Positions 37,786 through 52,060 of a stretch of DNA of 64,000 bases are shown piece by piece. The stretch is from Chiloscyllium plagiosum (lineage: Eukaryota), in contig NC_057719.1 of assembly GCF_004010195.1 (NCBI RefSeq), forward strand, positions 71,216,831 to 71,280,830. Reading direction: 5' to 3'. The notes under the pieces are model-generated. The model was not told where the DNA came from. It saw nothing but the letters and a program-made list of their open reading frames with translations, and did no database searches. How positions within the stretch are numbered: the first letter of the stretch is position 1; each line of letters begins with the position of its first letter. The position numbers and the translations under genes were made by a program.

Positions 37786-39464
37786 GCTAAATTGAGGGTT
37801 TTATATTAGCTCTCCACACCCAAATAAGTGGATAATTTTGCTCCCAAGATAAAGGATTTAAATCTGTGTTGAGTTCAAGTGCTGTGATAGTTACAATATT
37901 ATTCAAAGTGGCCACATTGAAAATTTAAAAAAATGAGTACAATTGTGAACATATCAAGAATGAAATTGTTTATTTGATATTCTATCCACAGAAAAGATCA
38001 TGATAACTCTAAGTATAAATAGTAAACCAAATGGAAAAACAAAATAAAACACATACATTCCATGCAGAAAATGTAACTGTCTTCAAATTTGCATTACCTT
38101 CAAATTTACTTGGATTTGATTCAAATTGTTAAAATAATCCTATGCATTATTTCAGTTAAAGTGAATAGAATGACCTGATAAACAATAACCAAAGTAATAA
38201 GCACTTGTTTATTATGCTTTGAAATATGACAAATTATCTAGTTGTAGGAAGTAGAGTTTGTCTTTAATGGTGCTCTTAATTTTTTTCCTCATAACAAAAG
38301 TTTTGTTTTAACTCTTGGGGCTTGTCAGAGCACCAATGTTTCTTGAAAGATATTGTTTCGCTTTGCAGTAATTGTTCACTGCATTTGCATCACATCTATC
38401 ACCAAAATTCAATTAAACACAACTTGCTTTTCCACAGTTGAAATAAACTGTTTACTCCCATTTTTTCACTGTTTACTTCAAATGATGTAAAGGACCCAAA
38501 TATGATCGTAACATCGGTGTCTGGGGAGATACTAGAGGTCAAAAAATTTAACCCACAGAAGAAAACCAGCTCCCTCCATTGCAACAGGAGATTTTCTTTC
38601 TTCCACAACTAAATGGTTCCATTATAGTGTTATTTAAACCTCACGCAGTGTTCCAACAACTCTCCCATTCACACTAGAAGGAGTATGTTCTCTTTGTCAC
38701 TAGGTATTGGATTTGTCCCTTGAGGTTCACATTCGTCCGTAGGTAGTTTTGAAGGATGAAACAGGATTAGATAAAGTTTACTGACTGAGATGACAACCAT
38801 AGAAACAAGGCCGCTGAAAGTGCAGTTCCTTCTTGTATTTCAGACAATCAAACCCCTCTTTGTTTCAACATTATCACTTCCTTCTTAGTGGATTGTAACT
38901 GAGCAAAATGAAAGCTTTACATGGTTCAGTTCATTTTCCTTAGAAATTTGATTTTCCGTTAGAAACTCATTCTTCCTTCAAATAAAACTAATTGAAATTC
39001 TCTAAAATTGAGTTAATAGCCATGATGTTGATTATGGGTTCAGACCACAACATCAGTACCATTTTCAAATCCCACCCCTGCGCTGAAGATGTGTGAGTAA
39101 CCACAGCCAAGAATTTAGACCAAGGTCAACAGTTAATTGGCTGAAGGAGGGATTTGATAAACACATAAAACTTGTGAGTATGGGTGTAGGATTGAGGTGA
39201 GCTACTGAAAGTACAGGATCCTACTTGAAGGCTAGATGGCAGCCATTTTAATGGCAGGCACCTTGCTTATCAAAAATAGCCAAAGTCAACAGGAGGAGAG
39301 GTATAAACCTGGCACCCATGCCAAGGCACCCTCCTGTTTTATTTCTGAGGTCATGGTGGAGGCAGCATGCGATATATCTTAATTCGGGAATTTCACAGGA
39401 GGAGGTCACCTGGTCAAACCAAACAAGGCTGACTGAAAATGGTAGGATATGGGGAGGTAAAGGC

Positions 39465-39805
39465 CGAGTGGTATTATTGCTGCAGTGTCAATCCACACAC
39501 CTAGGTTAAGTTCTGTGGACCCAGGTTCGAATCCTGCCATGGCAGATGGTGGACTTAGAACTCAATAAATATCTGGAATTAAGGGTCTAATGATGACCAT
39601 GAAACCATTGTCAATTGTTGGGAAAAAGTCCACCTGATTCATTAATGTCCTTAAGGGAAGGAAGCTGCCATCCTTACCTAGTCTGGCCTACATATGACTT
39701 CAGACTCACAGCAATGTGGTTGCCTCTTAACTGTTCTCTGGGTACTGAGGGATGGGCAATAAATCCTGGCACAGCCAATGATGCCCTCATCCCATGCATA
39801 ATGAA
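39465..39805 (+). mobile_element. tRNA-headed SINE with the 5716-6240 LINE tail
   Basis: B box ggttcgaatcc; tail gggatgggcaataaat...catcccatg. Confidence 0.65.
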
Positions 39806-40218
39806 TGTCCACAGCCACAGCGTCTCCTGGAGTGCTGTTGGGGCCCCAATGACAAGGTAAGTGCTGGCAATAAGGTACTCAAATGGTCAGCCTCCTGGTC
39901 TGCAGCCACCAGCATGTTGACCAGCTAAGGGTGCATGGTGCTTCAGGAACAATGAAGTCCAAGATAGTCACTGATCTTGTTAGCAAGCCTCCAAACGCTT
40001 TAGGTGCTGGGGACCTGTCAGCATAGATACATACAGCTTCTTATCTAAGTGTGCCAATGGTTTTGGTGAGAGAGGCCAGCAATGCCTTGTCCGTCTCACT
40101 CCCTTTTTCATCCTTACACTAGAAAATGGCACCGGATTCTAGGGAGAGGAATAATGAAGAGGTCCTGCTTATCATTCTCACAGCCAGAGTAGAGGAGACC
40201 ACAGTCTCCCCAAGAGCA

Positions 40219-40424
40219 NNNNNNNNNNNNNNNNNNNNNNNNNNNNNNNNNNNNNNNNNNNNNNNNNNNNNNNNNNNNNNNNNNNNNNNNNNNNNNNNNN
40301 NNNNNNNNNNNNNNNNNNNNNNNNNNNNNNNNNNNNNNNNNNNNNNNNNNNNNNNNNNNNNNNNNNNNNNNNNNNNNNNNNNNNNNNNNNNNNNNNNNNN
40401 NNNNNNNNNNNNNNNNNNNNNNNN
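40219..40424. other. Assembly gap (206 N)
   Basis: Run of N. Confidence 1.
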
Positions 40425-40596
40425 GTGGACCAGTCCTAAGAGCCCCTGTTAGCCATGCTCTGTTTCACAGGCTCACCAAGTTGAATGGCATAGCCAAAAT
40501 TAGCTCCTGCTGTGCTGCTGTCTCCTTCTGTTCAGACTGTTTCTGATCCATCCTATAATACATGGCCACCAACAAAAATTCCAATTGATCCTTGAC

Positions 40597-40945
40597 AATC
40601 ATCACTGGACTGTTAGTCGAGAGACCAAGGTAATGTTCTGGCAATCCGGGTTTAAATCCCACCATGGCAGATGGTGAAGGAGATGGGAACCAGCATCCGT
40701 CCAGTTCAGGTTAATGGCCAATAATTTCTTCATGAGTTTGACCTTTTTTTTAAATTCATTAAATAGAAATCTGGAATTAAGAATCTAATGAAGACCAGGA
40801 ATCCATTGTCGAACCCATCTGGTTCACTTGTGTCCTTTAAGTAAGGAAACAGCTTTCCTCACCTGGTCTGACCTAGGTGTGACTCCAGACCCACAGTAAT
40901 GTGGTTGACACTTAGGGATGGGCAATAAATGCTGGCTTAGCTGAC
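40597..40945 (+). mobile_element. Second copy of the 39465 SINE family with an internal insertion
   Basis: gggtttaaatcccaccatggcagatgg...gggatgggcaataaatgctggc. Confidence 0.65.
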
Positions 40946-41707
40946 AAACAAATTATTAGCCATTAACCTGAACTGGTTAGATACTGGTTCCCACCTCCTT
41001 CACCCTTCCTGTGCAAAATAACCAACAATCCGAATAGTGACAGCAATCTGAGTTGTGTCAGTTTGCACAGTCATGTTTAGGGACATTTCACAACAATGGA
41101 CTAATTGGATCAGTCTGATGGTTAAGTTGGCAAATACCATTTGGCAAAACTGCTGAACTCCAATATTGACTTTACATTGGTTCTGGGAACTTTTGGGAAG
41201 AACTAAGGCAATGTCAGAAGGAATAGATTGTAGGTAAAATATACAAAGCAGTGGGATGGACCTCTTAAATCAGGATTGATTGAGCTCACAGGAAGGTTTG
41301 AAGAATGGATCAGAAGAGATCTAGGAAAGAATTGAGCTATCTCCAAACATTCCCATTAATGCAAGAAAGAAACAGCAGACAAAATTTGGATCACTTTGGA
41401 AATGTATGTTTTATACAAAGTGCTTTTACCAGCGATCCTGCATCTTTGCTCTGATACTCTTTAAACAATCTTGGTGCCAGGTTAAAGAGTAAAAAGAGAA
41501 AGGCTGTTTGGCTGCTGCTGCTTTATTGTCAACTTCATAGCAAAAGTACAACCCTCACCTCAGAGCTAATCTCTGGCATCTATGTTACCACTGCAAGTAT
41601 TTGGATGACCAGTTTCTGTTATAGTGAAACCGACCTTGAGTGCGCATCTAAGGTAGTTGATTGGAAATATTGCATGAGTTCTAGTCAGGAGGAAGAACAG
41701 CACAATG

Positions 41708-42105
41708 AACAACAGCTTTTATTTATATAGTACCTTTAATGGAATAAAACATCCAAAAGTTCTTCACTGACACATTGTGAAGTAATGCATGATGCTAAGC
41801 CACATAACCAAAGGATTGTCCATGAAAGATATTTTAAAGGGGTGTCTTAAAGGGAGTGTGGGTCAAGAGATGGAGAGGTGAAGGCTGTGGTGAGTCCGGG
41901 GAGATTCTTGATGTTGAAGCAACTGTAGGTGGACCCACCAAAGATTGAGTAATTAAATTCAAAGAGGCTCAACGGGCTACAACTGGAGAAGTGCAGATGT
42001 CTCAGAGACTTGTGGGGCTGGAGGAGATTACAGAGATAGGGAGAGGGAAGGCCATTGAGAGAGTTGGTGAAACAAAGATGAGAATTTAAAATTATAGTGA
42101 GTTGA
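41708..42105 (-). mobile_element. L2-like LINE 3' end
   Basis: atttatatagtacctttaa tail; gggctggaggagattacagagataggg. Confidence 0.6.
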
Positions 42106-42764
42106 AACTGACCTTTTTTATTGAATCATGTTGAGATTTTGGAGGGGTTCTCACCACAAGACCTTGTGGGATGTCTCACCCCATCTTACCAAGCTGGCAT
42201 CATTAATTACCTACCCAGTTCCTCTGGCATTCCTCATGTCTGATTTCCACCAGATCTAACTCCACATGCTGTTCCCACAGCAACTCACCACTGAGCAGAT
42301 CTCAGCCGAAACATCAGCGTCCCTTGTGACCATGCCAGCTTTAAGAGGCCATTGTGAAACCAGGCACTGGCATTCCGAAATGGCCCTGCTCAGTCAACCC
42401 CTTTTTTGCACCACCCAATCCAATAGGACCTCCTGTTGGAGAATTGCAGTGCCATCTTCCCCTTTTCCATGTCTTGTGCCAACACTACGGGGTCCTCTCC
42501 TACCCGGGGCTGTGCAGGTACTTGTTCCCTGGCAGTCCTCCGAGTGCCAGTGGCCTGGTGCGTTACTTCGTTGGCTGGCTGAGTTGGGTTTTGCACTGTG
42601 AATGCTATCAGTTTCTGAGACACCAATGCTAGGCTGTTACATATTCAGTCAGTTTATGCTAGGCTGATTGATTTGTGTTTAAACAGAATATTCCATGATT
42701 TTTATAAACAATTCCATATGTATATTGTGCATGCTTCTTACTGAATCTTCTTCAGACAGAAACT

Positions 42765-43710
42765 TAGAATATAGGAGCAGGAATGGGCCATACAGCCATT
42801 GAGTCTGCTCCATCATTCAATATGTCTGATTCTCACTAACCTCTTCCCACTTTTACCCGGTGCTCTTTAATCCCTTCACATTATATTCAGTCCATTATTC
42901 AGCCTCAATCTCTTTATTTAGCAAAGAAATCCATAGACTCTGTCTGGGTGAAGAAATGTCTTCTCAACTCAGTCCGAAATGACCTACTCCGTCTCGGTGA
43001 ACTGCTGGCTGTGAATTCCCTGGTCATTGGAACATCCTTCCTGTGTTGATCCTGTCTAGTCCTGTTAGAAATTTATAGATTTCCATGAGATCACCTCTCA
43101 GTCTTCTAAACTGCAGTGAGTATAGACCTAACCAATCCAGTGTCTCTTCATAGTTCAGTCCTGCCATCCCAGAAATCAGTTTGGTCAGCCTTTTTTGCAC
43201 CGCCTCCATAAATTAAATACCTTTCCTTAGATAAGGAGGCCAAAATTGCACACAATACTGCAGGTATGGTCTGACTAAGGCCCTGTACACTTACAGCAAG
43301 ACATCCCTGTTCCTGAATTTGAATCCTCTCACTATGAAGACCAGCATACGTCGCCTTCTTCACTACCCCTGTTGAACTTGCATGCTTATTTCAGCAACCA
43401 GTGCACAAGGACAACCAAGCCACCTCCCCCTTTCCCAGCTGACAATAATCTGCTTTCTTGCTTACCAAAGTGTGTAACCTTACCTTTATTCATGTTCTGA
43501 TTCATCTGCCAAGCACACTCGCTCAACTTTTCCAAATCAGACTGTAGCATCTCTGCCTCCTCCTCACAACTCACCCTCCCATTAAGCTTTGAGTTATCTG
43601 CATTTACATTTTATATTACATTTAGTTGCATCACCTAAATCGTCATATATATTGTGAATAGCTGGACTTCAAGTACTGATCTCTGCCGTACCCCACTAAT
43701 CACTGCATGG
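42765..43710 (-). mobile_element. CR1 LINE RT to 3' end
   Basis: LGLYSLQFRRLRGDLMEIYK; LQSDLEKLSECAWQM. Confidence 0.88.
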
Positions 43711-46069
43711 TTGGGCATTTTATAATCTTAGCAGATTGTACTTTTTTATTTATTATTTTGAGAAAATGAACACTCCACCCTGTACTGTTAGTATTTTTAA
43801 AATATTGCCACCTGAATAGTGGAGCTCTGTATATGAAATGCTCAAAGTTTATATGTGACCACTATGACTCCATTCTGACTAGGTGGGTTTTGCATCCATC
43901 AATCTCCACCCAATAGTTAATATAACTGTAGTTTGCTCTGCTTCAAATGCATGTCCTAGCTTTACTGAACTCATGTTAAAATTTCTGGCTCAGTAAAAAA
44001 TGCTCCTTTTTTATGGCAGGTGGGAGAAAGTCAAACGTGTAAACTGCTATCACGTTTGACTAGTGTCCAGACAGCTCATGCAATTGGGAACAAATGTCAG
44101 TCTGAAGTTTAGGTCACCAGTCCACTTCACTTTTACAAACCTAACATACTCCACAGAACCACATTATGTCCGTAGCAGAAAGAGCAACTCAGTGAAATCC
44201 TCAGATGCAAGAATTTTCTAATTGCACCAGTACTGTGGCTAAAATTCTGCCAATGTCATTGCACTAAGGAGCCCAATTAGTTACCTTCTGAAAACTTACA
44301 GGAAGAAATATTAGTGGTTTCTCACTTCTGACAAAAGTTTCCATAATACTGTATAGGAAAGGTGGATTTATCAAAAATATTTCCAAATCTATGTGTCAGA
44401 GCCATTATTGATGTAATGTTGTACAGCATACAATGGCAATTGCCATTTGCTTGGCATGCATTACAGAGCAGATGGTTTTGTGCTTGCATTGCAACTAACA
44501 GATGGGCAAGAACTGTGCCTTCACTGATCATATTGATGCAATGAAGAAAAGGCAACCATGGGAGAGCAGCATAAAATAGTGCAAGACAGTGCTTTTCACG
44601 TAATTCAAAGTTCTATATAATATCCAAGACAAAAGATGCAGAGACGTATGTAATATTTGGTTGATTTTTAATAAACAAATCATCTCACTGTGTAATTTCA
44701 TCCAAAATGCAGGTCATAGTTAATTTTTTAAACACTTCTTTTTCATGTTTCCAATCTTCATTTTGCACATGTTGAGAGCGAAAGTTTTTTTTAAAAGAAA
44801 AACAAATTGTTAGCAAGCCATCACTGAGAAAAGCTGACCTGCTGAGGAACTCCCAGCCTCATATGCTGGTTGTGCTGTGTACCTCAATGTATCTTGTTGT
44901 GCTAGTTATAGTGCATCATAATGCAATTAAACAGAAAAACATTTGACAAGGTACCTCACTGGAGAAGGAAGAAAAGGTTACAGACTGTGAGCTTACACGG
45001 AAGTGTTTCTGATCAGATAAGAAATTAATCGGACAGTAGAGGGTATAGATGGCGTTTAATGGGTTAATCCTGCGTTAGAAACCAATAGCAGTGCCACAGG
45101 AACCAAATATTTTAACAGTTCAGGTTTTTCTTTGCAATATTCATTGGTGACCTTTAAATGGAAACTATATTCAGGATTTACAGGTTTGTTGATTGCAACA
45201 TTTGTATTCGATAGCAAGCCTATTAGCAAACCAAAATGTATTCAAATATAATCAGAGAAATTCTCTGCATGATCAGATGACAGACAAATAGAGAAGCAGA
45301 CTGACAGAATCGGCCAGTTAAGGCAGGAGGGTAGAGTGCATTTAAGCACCAATGTACCAGGTTGCAGGAAACTGGGATGTATTTTCAGTCTCCAATTCAC
45401 TAAAATTACAAGCTGAACTGATAAAATATGGTACACTCTAAGTGGCCAATTGAGAATAATTTGACTGGAGCAAGTTCCTGCTCTGTGCCATTCAGAATTA
45501 GTGAATGGCTCAGGAAAGTCAAGAATAGAGCTGTGTAAAGCAGGAGCCTTGTAATCCTATTGACTTTATAGTACAATATATAGGGAAATTGAAGGAAAGA
45601 ATCAGTTAAAACTGTAAAAGTCACTATGACTACCTAAAATTGTATTTGATTATTTCATGGTGGAGTTACTGTACTTGCATCTTGAACGACTGAGTTAGAA
45701 TTCACTCCAGATTGCTTAGCCAATAAACTCCTTCCTTCCTGTCTGTATGTAGAATAAGTTTGAGCAATACTAGTCAGATGTTTTGCACACATTAGACCTT
45801 GGCATACAATTATGTTGAAGACATTTACAGTGGTACTGAGGTCACAGTCTGATTCATTTGTATCTCAAGCATGTCCATTGTCAGTAATCTAACGCAGCTA
45901 CAGCAAGGTTGAGAATGAAACTACATGTCAGAATGGAGATGAAGGAATATGATTATGTACTTAATCCATATTAATGATACCTAACATGACAATCTTTTAT
46001 ATCATTTCAACTGTAGCTCAGTGGGTTGCACATCTTTGAGTCAGAAGGTTGTGGTTTGAAGATACTTCA

Positions 46070-49000
46070 GAAATGCAGTCCTTGCTTGATTTAAGGGAGC
46101 TCACATTCAAGGACTCTGTATCCTGTGCATACAATCCTGCAACTCTAGATGGTCTGCTAAGGCATGACAAGCTGCACACGCAGAAATCAATTGGTTTTCT
46201 GTCATAACCGCATTATAACTTATAATGCTTTTTCCTGTTAATTAAGTGAGCCCATAACATTAACCAAGCTCTGATAAGCAATTCATTTTGAGATAATTAT
46301 TATTAACATGACATGGTGAACAGTGGAAAACATCAGGCTGATGAAGCCAATCATACTTGAACAGTGAGCAAGCAAGTTAATCTGTAGGTGAAACACAGTC
46401 ACCAGTCTTACACAGTGCTAAAGTACATGAGACACCCCATTGGTGTCTTTGTTCATCACAGCATTAGAAGATGTTGAAAGCACAGCTTGCTGGTAAGCAG
46501 ACAAATCCCTAACAAGATGTCAGTTTAACTCACTTGAGAAAGGCAACTAACGAGAGTGTGTGTGCTAGATCAACACTGAGCAAGGGAAGAATATACTGTC
46601 AGAAGATTCAAAAAAATCCTTTGTTTGAATTGGGGCATGACAAACCTCTAAACTGTTTAAACAGCATTCCTAGCCATAGATTCTAGATTTCAGTGTGTTC
46701 AAGTTGCAAATCAAGACATTAAGATTTGCTAATCAATTGGGATTGAAGGTTGACACAGATTTAACATGACAGTTTAACAATGAAGAGTGAAAAGCTTCCC
46801 CCAAAAATATCAACCACATTATAAGACGGTCAGAGTCAAATTAAACATCCATATTTATCAACTAGAATTCATGTCATTTAGACAGAAACCTGCAGAATTC
46901 ATACAACACTTTGTCAGTTGATGCAAAGAAAAAGACTCATTCTGTGATTTTTCAGATTGGAAGCTACAAAAGAGAATTGTCATGTTAGTGATCACATCCA
47001 CCCCATGGATGCTTTCCAGAAACATTTATTATACAAACTGAAGACATGCAGTATTGCTACTGAGGAAGAGACTCAAATGTGATGTGATCCTTGTCAGTCA
47101 ACAAAGCTTACAGGTCCTAAGTACAAACTCATTACTTGACATAAGAACATCCAAATATAGTGAGACAATGCCCATCTTTGAATCAATTTTGCATGGCGAG
47201 TGGCAAAAAAATCGATTGGCAAAGGCAGAGTAAGTACTGATGCAGCTACTAAGAACTGTAGACCAACCCAAACAGACAGCACACGAGATACTGTCTGCTA
47301 TTCTGCGAGAGAGATATACATGAAGTGATCAACCAAACCAGAATCTGATAATGTACACATCAAGACAAAAAGTAGTGGATGCATATTTCACATTGATGCT
47401 TTCCATGAGATTCACAATGTCATAATACATTTGAAATGTTTGCAAAAGTTCCAATTACCTGTCCTCCAGAAATCTGTGACTATTCTGTATAGGCTTAGCT
47501 TGATATGGGTACAGTGTGAATTAATGGGCTCACAGCGCCAGAGACCTGGTTCAATTCCCGCCTCAGGCGACTGACTGTGTGGAGTTTGCACATTCTCCCC
47601 GTGTCTGCGTGGGTTTCCTCCAGGTGCTCCAGTTTCCTCCCACAGTCCAAAAATGTCTGGGTTAGGTGAATTGGCCATGCTAAATTGCCTGTAGTGTTAG
47701 GTGAAGGGGTAAATGTAGGGGAATGGGTTGGGTGGGCTGCGCTTTGGCGGGTCGGTGTGGACTTGTTGGGCCGAAAGGCCTGTTTCCACACTGAAAGTAA
47801 TCTAATCTAATAAAATATGGACCCACAATTATGACAAGCTATGAATAAACCTACAAATGTAAAACTTACAACATCCAACGGCTCACCAACTCCACATGCA
47901 AGATCAATAATGCTGGAATGCAAGTACAGTCCATCTGCCTGGAAGTCACAAGCACTGCTGGACCAGCAACTGCACATATACCAGCAAGCTATTACCTCAC
48001 ACAAGCCATATTCCTTGCAATCAATCAGGCATCTAGAGACACAACAGGAATTGCAGCAGATTATTCAAAGATGTTTGCAGAACTGAATATGGAAGAAGAA
48101 CACAACACTTCCTTTTCATCTGAATTTGGAAGCTGTTTCCTTTGAAGGGGAAAATGAAAACTGAAGAAGAAAAGGCAGAACAACTAACTCAGGATACCAT
48201 CAGACATAAGAATACCATCTCTACAATGCTGAATTCTTTAAGGTATAACTCTGCTCAGCTCACAAAGATAAAGAAAGAGGTGAAAGAAGAAGGATAACCT
48301 ACAAGCTCTGTATCATCAATCCCATGAAAAGATTGCCAGTTTGCAGGATGATCTGGAGCAACTCTCACATAAGATGGATCAGGTTCACCAGGAGCAGCCG
48401 GAGAAACATGGGTTCGAGATTAAAGCGATGCTGGAAAAAAATAGATCTGCAAAAACAGGTCGGTGTGCACAAGGAGCTGCAACTATCTCATGTGACAGTC
48501 CATTCAGAAATAAGTGACAGCAATGATTCTCTAGTGAAGGAGCTCAAGCAGGGCTGAGAGGAAACCCAGCAATCACTGAAGCCACAAGTGGAAGAGGTCC
48601 AGGTTTCACAGAAAATAGAAAGAAAAATTGTTGAAGAGGCTAATTAGAGGTTATGAAGGAGAAAAATATACATGACAGCCATAAGTCTAAAATTTTAATG
48701 GAATTAGAAGAATATAGGTTATAAAGCCAAAAGCATCAACTGAGCTGAATTTGAGCCACTTAAATCAGGCTGAAGAATGAGACCAGTGGTGAATCTGGAC
48801 CAAAACCTGGCTGTAGTACCTTGCGTGCAAAATCCCAAACATAATCATAAGTGACAGACAATATCACTGATGACTGAGAAATCAACAGCACCTCCAGACA
48901 AAGTCACCATTACAAAATCTGGATATATCAGCAAATTATCCATATGCTATTGAGATTTGTTGGTTCACTTGTTCTTGTAAATAATTAATCTTCCTTTAGA

Positions 49001-49210
49001 AGGGGTGGGGGGGGGGGGGGGGGGAGGGGAAGTTGCTGTGTATGTGTTTTGCCTTTTGGAGTGTTCATCTTAAAGGACTCCATCGCAGTGTGCATATAAT
49101 GTCATAACTCTGCCTACTAGTTGGTCTGCAGTAGAATTCCTTTGTCAAATGATGTTGAGTTGTGTTTTTAACCAACTGCGGTTCATTTGCTATCAATAGA
49201 CTCATAACCT
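46070..49210 (+). mobile_element. Old Gypsy LTR element with both LTRs and no recognisable RT/integrase
   Basis: Ends share ggag..cat..aaggactc..tgtgcata.aat..aactct..tag.tggtctgc; 5' LTR ends ATGACA(46313) then TGG PBS-like; gag frame LEFMSFRQKPAEFIQHFVS*C...VITSTPMDAFQ; purine tract ~48998-49031. Confidence 0.62.
47529..47811 (+). mobile_element. HE1-like V-SINE, 5'-truncated, inside the Gypsy element
   Basis: B box, core and (aatct)n tail; A box missing. Confidence 0.9.
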
Positions 49211-50299
49211 GTTAGGGAGGATATTCCAGGAATTTGATGTAACAACACTAAAGGAATGGTGATATATTTTGAAGACAGAATAGTGAGTGGGTTGGAGGGG
49301 ACATTGCAGGTGGTGGTGTACCTATGTATCTGCTAACCTTGTCCTTTGAAATGATAGTGGTCATGGGTTTCAAAGATGCTACACACGGAGCTTTGATGAA
49401 TTTTATGCTTCCAATGGTGAGACGTAGGTACACATGATTAATAAAGCTATATTTAATCTAAGTTCTTGAATAAATTAATTAATCATGGAAGCACATGTAT
49501 ACCAATGCATATATATGTACATATATACTCCTCATTGTTTAAACACTAAATAAAATTACAGATGCCACTCTTTTATAAAAGGTGCACTTTGGGGATTCAG
49601 ATATGAAAATAATACTCAATGTAATTACTGTAAATAATGTCATAGGTATAACTGAGAAAACAGTTTATTCTTTAAAGAAAGGAGTGTGGAGTTCTTAAAT
49701 AATATTATGCATTCAAAATCAGGACATAAGAAAATACTTAAAAATAAAATTTTAAGAAAACATGAATATTTTAACTTATTAAGTTTCATAAGCATCACAT
49801 AACGATAGAAAGTTTAGTTAATATCAAAGTTATGTAAGGAATGGAAGGATATGGACCAAAGGCAGGCAGAAGGGATTGGTTTAATTTGATGTCTGGCACA
49901 ACATGGTGGACTGAAGAACTCATTCCTATGCTGTACTGTTCCGAGTTCTTTGTTCTATCTGGGATTTGTAGACTTCCGTACAATAAAATGTAGTAGTAAG
50001 AATTATGTTTTACTTTTCTGTCATTAAGCAAAAGTTGCTTTGTTTTAAGAAGAATCTTTTTATACAAATCAAAAAGGACACAACTCATTGTTTCATCAAA
50101 TAATAGAATACTTCTTGCTCAGAAAGAGATCATTTATCCTATCATTTCCATGCTAGCTCTTTTTAACTACACTTTAGTTTGTCCCATTTTCCCCATCTTT
50201 TTCCCCTTGCCCTACAGACCTCTAACCTGCAGGTTATTGCAGCTAGTGCAGAAACATACACAATTTCAGCAATGCTACACCATCACATAGAACTCCAGT

Positions 50300-51500
50300 G
50301 ACCTCGTACAAAAATACAATGCATGTGCAGAAAAGGAACACAATATTGAAAGAGAGTTTGACAGGAGACAGTGAGTGGGGGAACTGTGGAAAATGAAAGC
50401 TTATACTATAAGGGCTAGCATATTGGCAAATATAGAAATTTGGCTGGCTAACAGAAAGCAAAAAATAGGAATAAATGGACATTTTTCAAGCTGGTGATAT
50501 GTAATGTGTGGTGTACTACAGACATCGATGCTGGGGCTATCATTTGTTTACAATTTATATAAATTACTGAGATGAACGAAAGAAAATATGGTTGTCAAAT
50601 TTGCTCATGGCACAACATAGGTAGGAAAGTAAGGTGTGAAGAGGACATATGGAGGCTACAAAAAGATATAGATAGGTTAATTGAGTAGGCAAAGCTATGG
50701 TAACTGGTGTATAACGTGGAAACACTAACCATTTTAGCAGGAAGAATAAAGGAGAAGCAGATTATCTAAATGACAAGAGATTACACAGTTCTAAAATGCC
50801 AAAGGATCTGGATGTCCTCATGCCTAAATTGTAAATAAAGTTTGACTGCAGATATAGCAAGTAATTAGAAAAGCTAAGAGGAAGTTATATTTTATCATAA
50901 GGGGAATTCAATACAAATGTAGAGTAGGGATGCTTCAGTTCCACAGGGGCATTAATGAAACCATGTCTGGAGTACTATATACTGTATTGGTCACTCTATT
51001 TAAGGAAGGATGTAAATGTGTTAGAGGAAATTTAGAGGTTTACTAGACAGATATCTGAAATGTGGTAACTGTCTTGAGGAAAGGCCAAACAAGCTAGGAT
51101 TGTATCCACTGGAGTTTAAAGGGCATCAGCACTTGGTAAGACACTGTGTCAATGGACCAGAGGGGTCTTGACAGGTTAGATGTGGAGAGTATATTTCTTC
51201 TAATGGGAGAATCTTGATCTAGGGGTAATCCATTTAAAACAGATGAGGGGAAATACTTTTTCTCTTTGAGAGACATGAGACTTTGGAACTCCCTTCCTGA
51301 AAAGTTGTTAGAAACAGAATTGTTGACTATTTTTCAGGCAGAGGTATACAAATACTTCTTGAGCAAGAGGGTTAAAGTTTATCAGGGTATGTTAGAATGC
51401 AGTATTGAGGTAATAATCCAATTAACTATAACCTTATTGAATGGCAGAACACATTTAAGGGGCTGAGTGGTCTATTGCTGCTCCTAATTTGTATGTTTCT
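50300..51500 (+). mobile_element. Old CR1 LINE RT to 3' end
   Basis: aaatttgctcatggcacaa (KFADDT-like), ctggagtact, LWNSLPEK. Confidence 0.8.
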
Positions 51501-52060
51501 GTACATCCTGCCAGCCTCTCTCCCAGTATCCTCCTCAGAGTTCACAATACCTCCAAGTTCTATATTATCTGCAAAGTTTGCAATTGTGTACTATACACCC
51601 AGCTCTACGTCACTAATCTCAACCAAGAAAAGGATTATCCCAGAATTGACACTTGAACCCTATTGTGTACTTGCCTCCGAACTAAAATACCTTGCTCACC
51701 ACTAATCGCTGTTTTCTGTCACTTGAGTCAACTTAGTATCCAAGCCGTAATTGTACCTTGTACTACATGGGTTTAACTTCACCGGCAAGTCTATTGTGTG
51801 TCACTTTTTCAAACACTTTTTGAAAGTCTTGTATACCACATCAAGTGTATTACCCTCATCAACCTTCTCTGTTACCTCATGAAAAAGCTCAACTAATTGT
51901 CCTAGTGATTTTCAAGTTTGGACCAGATTATTATTTTGCATTTTTTATAACCACTGATTGAACTGACTGGTCTGTCATTGCAGGGTTTACCCTTACATCG
52001 TTTTTAGAACAAGAGTATTATTTTTTGTGAAATTGCATCACCATATCTGAGGAGGATTGG
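51500..52060 (-). mobile_element. Old CR1 RT fragment
   Basis: atctgcaaagtttg; tcaaacactttttgaaagtc (DFQKVFE on the minus strand). Confidence 0.65.

Noticed and set aside
49001..49029. Poly-G as a special G-quadruplex element
   Set aside because: Sits at the Gypsy polypurine tract position; homopolymer length is unreliable
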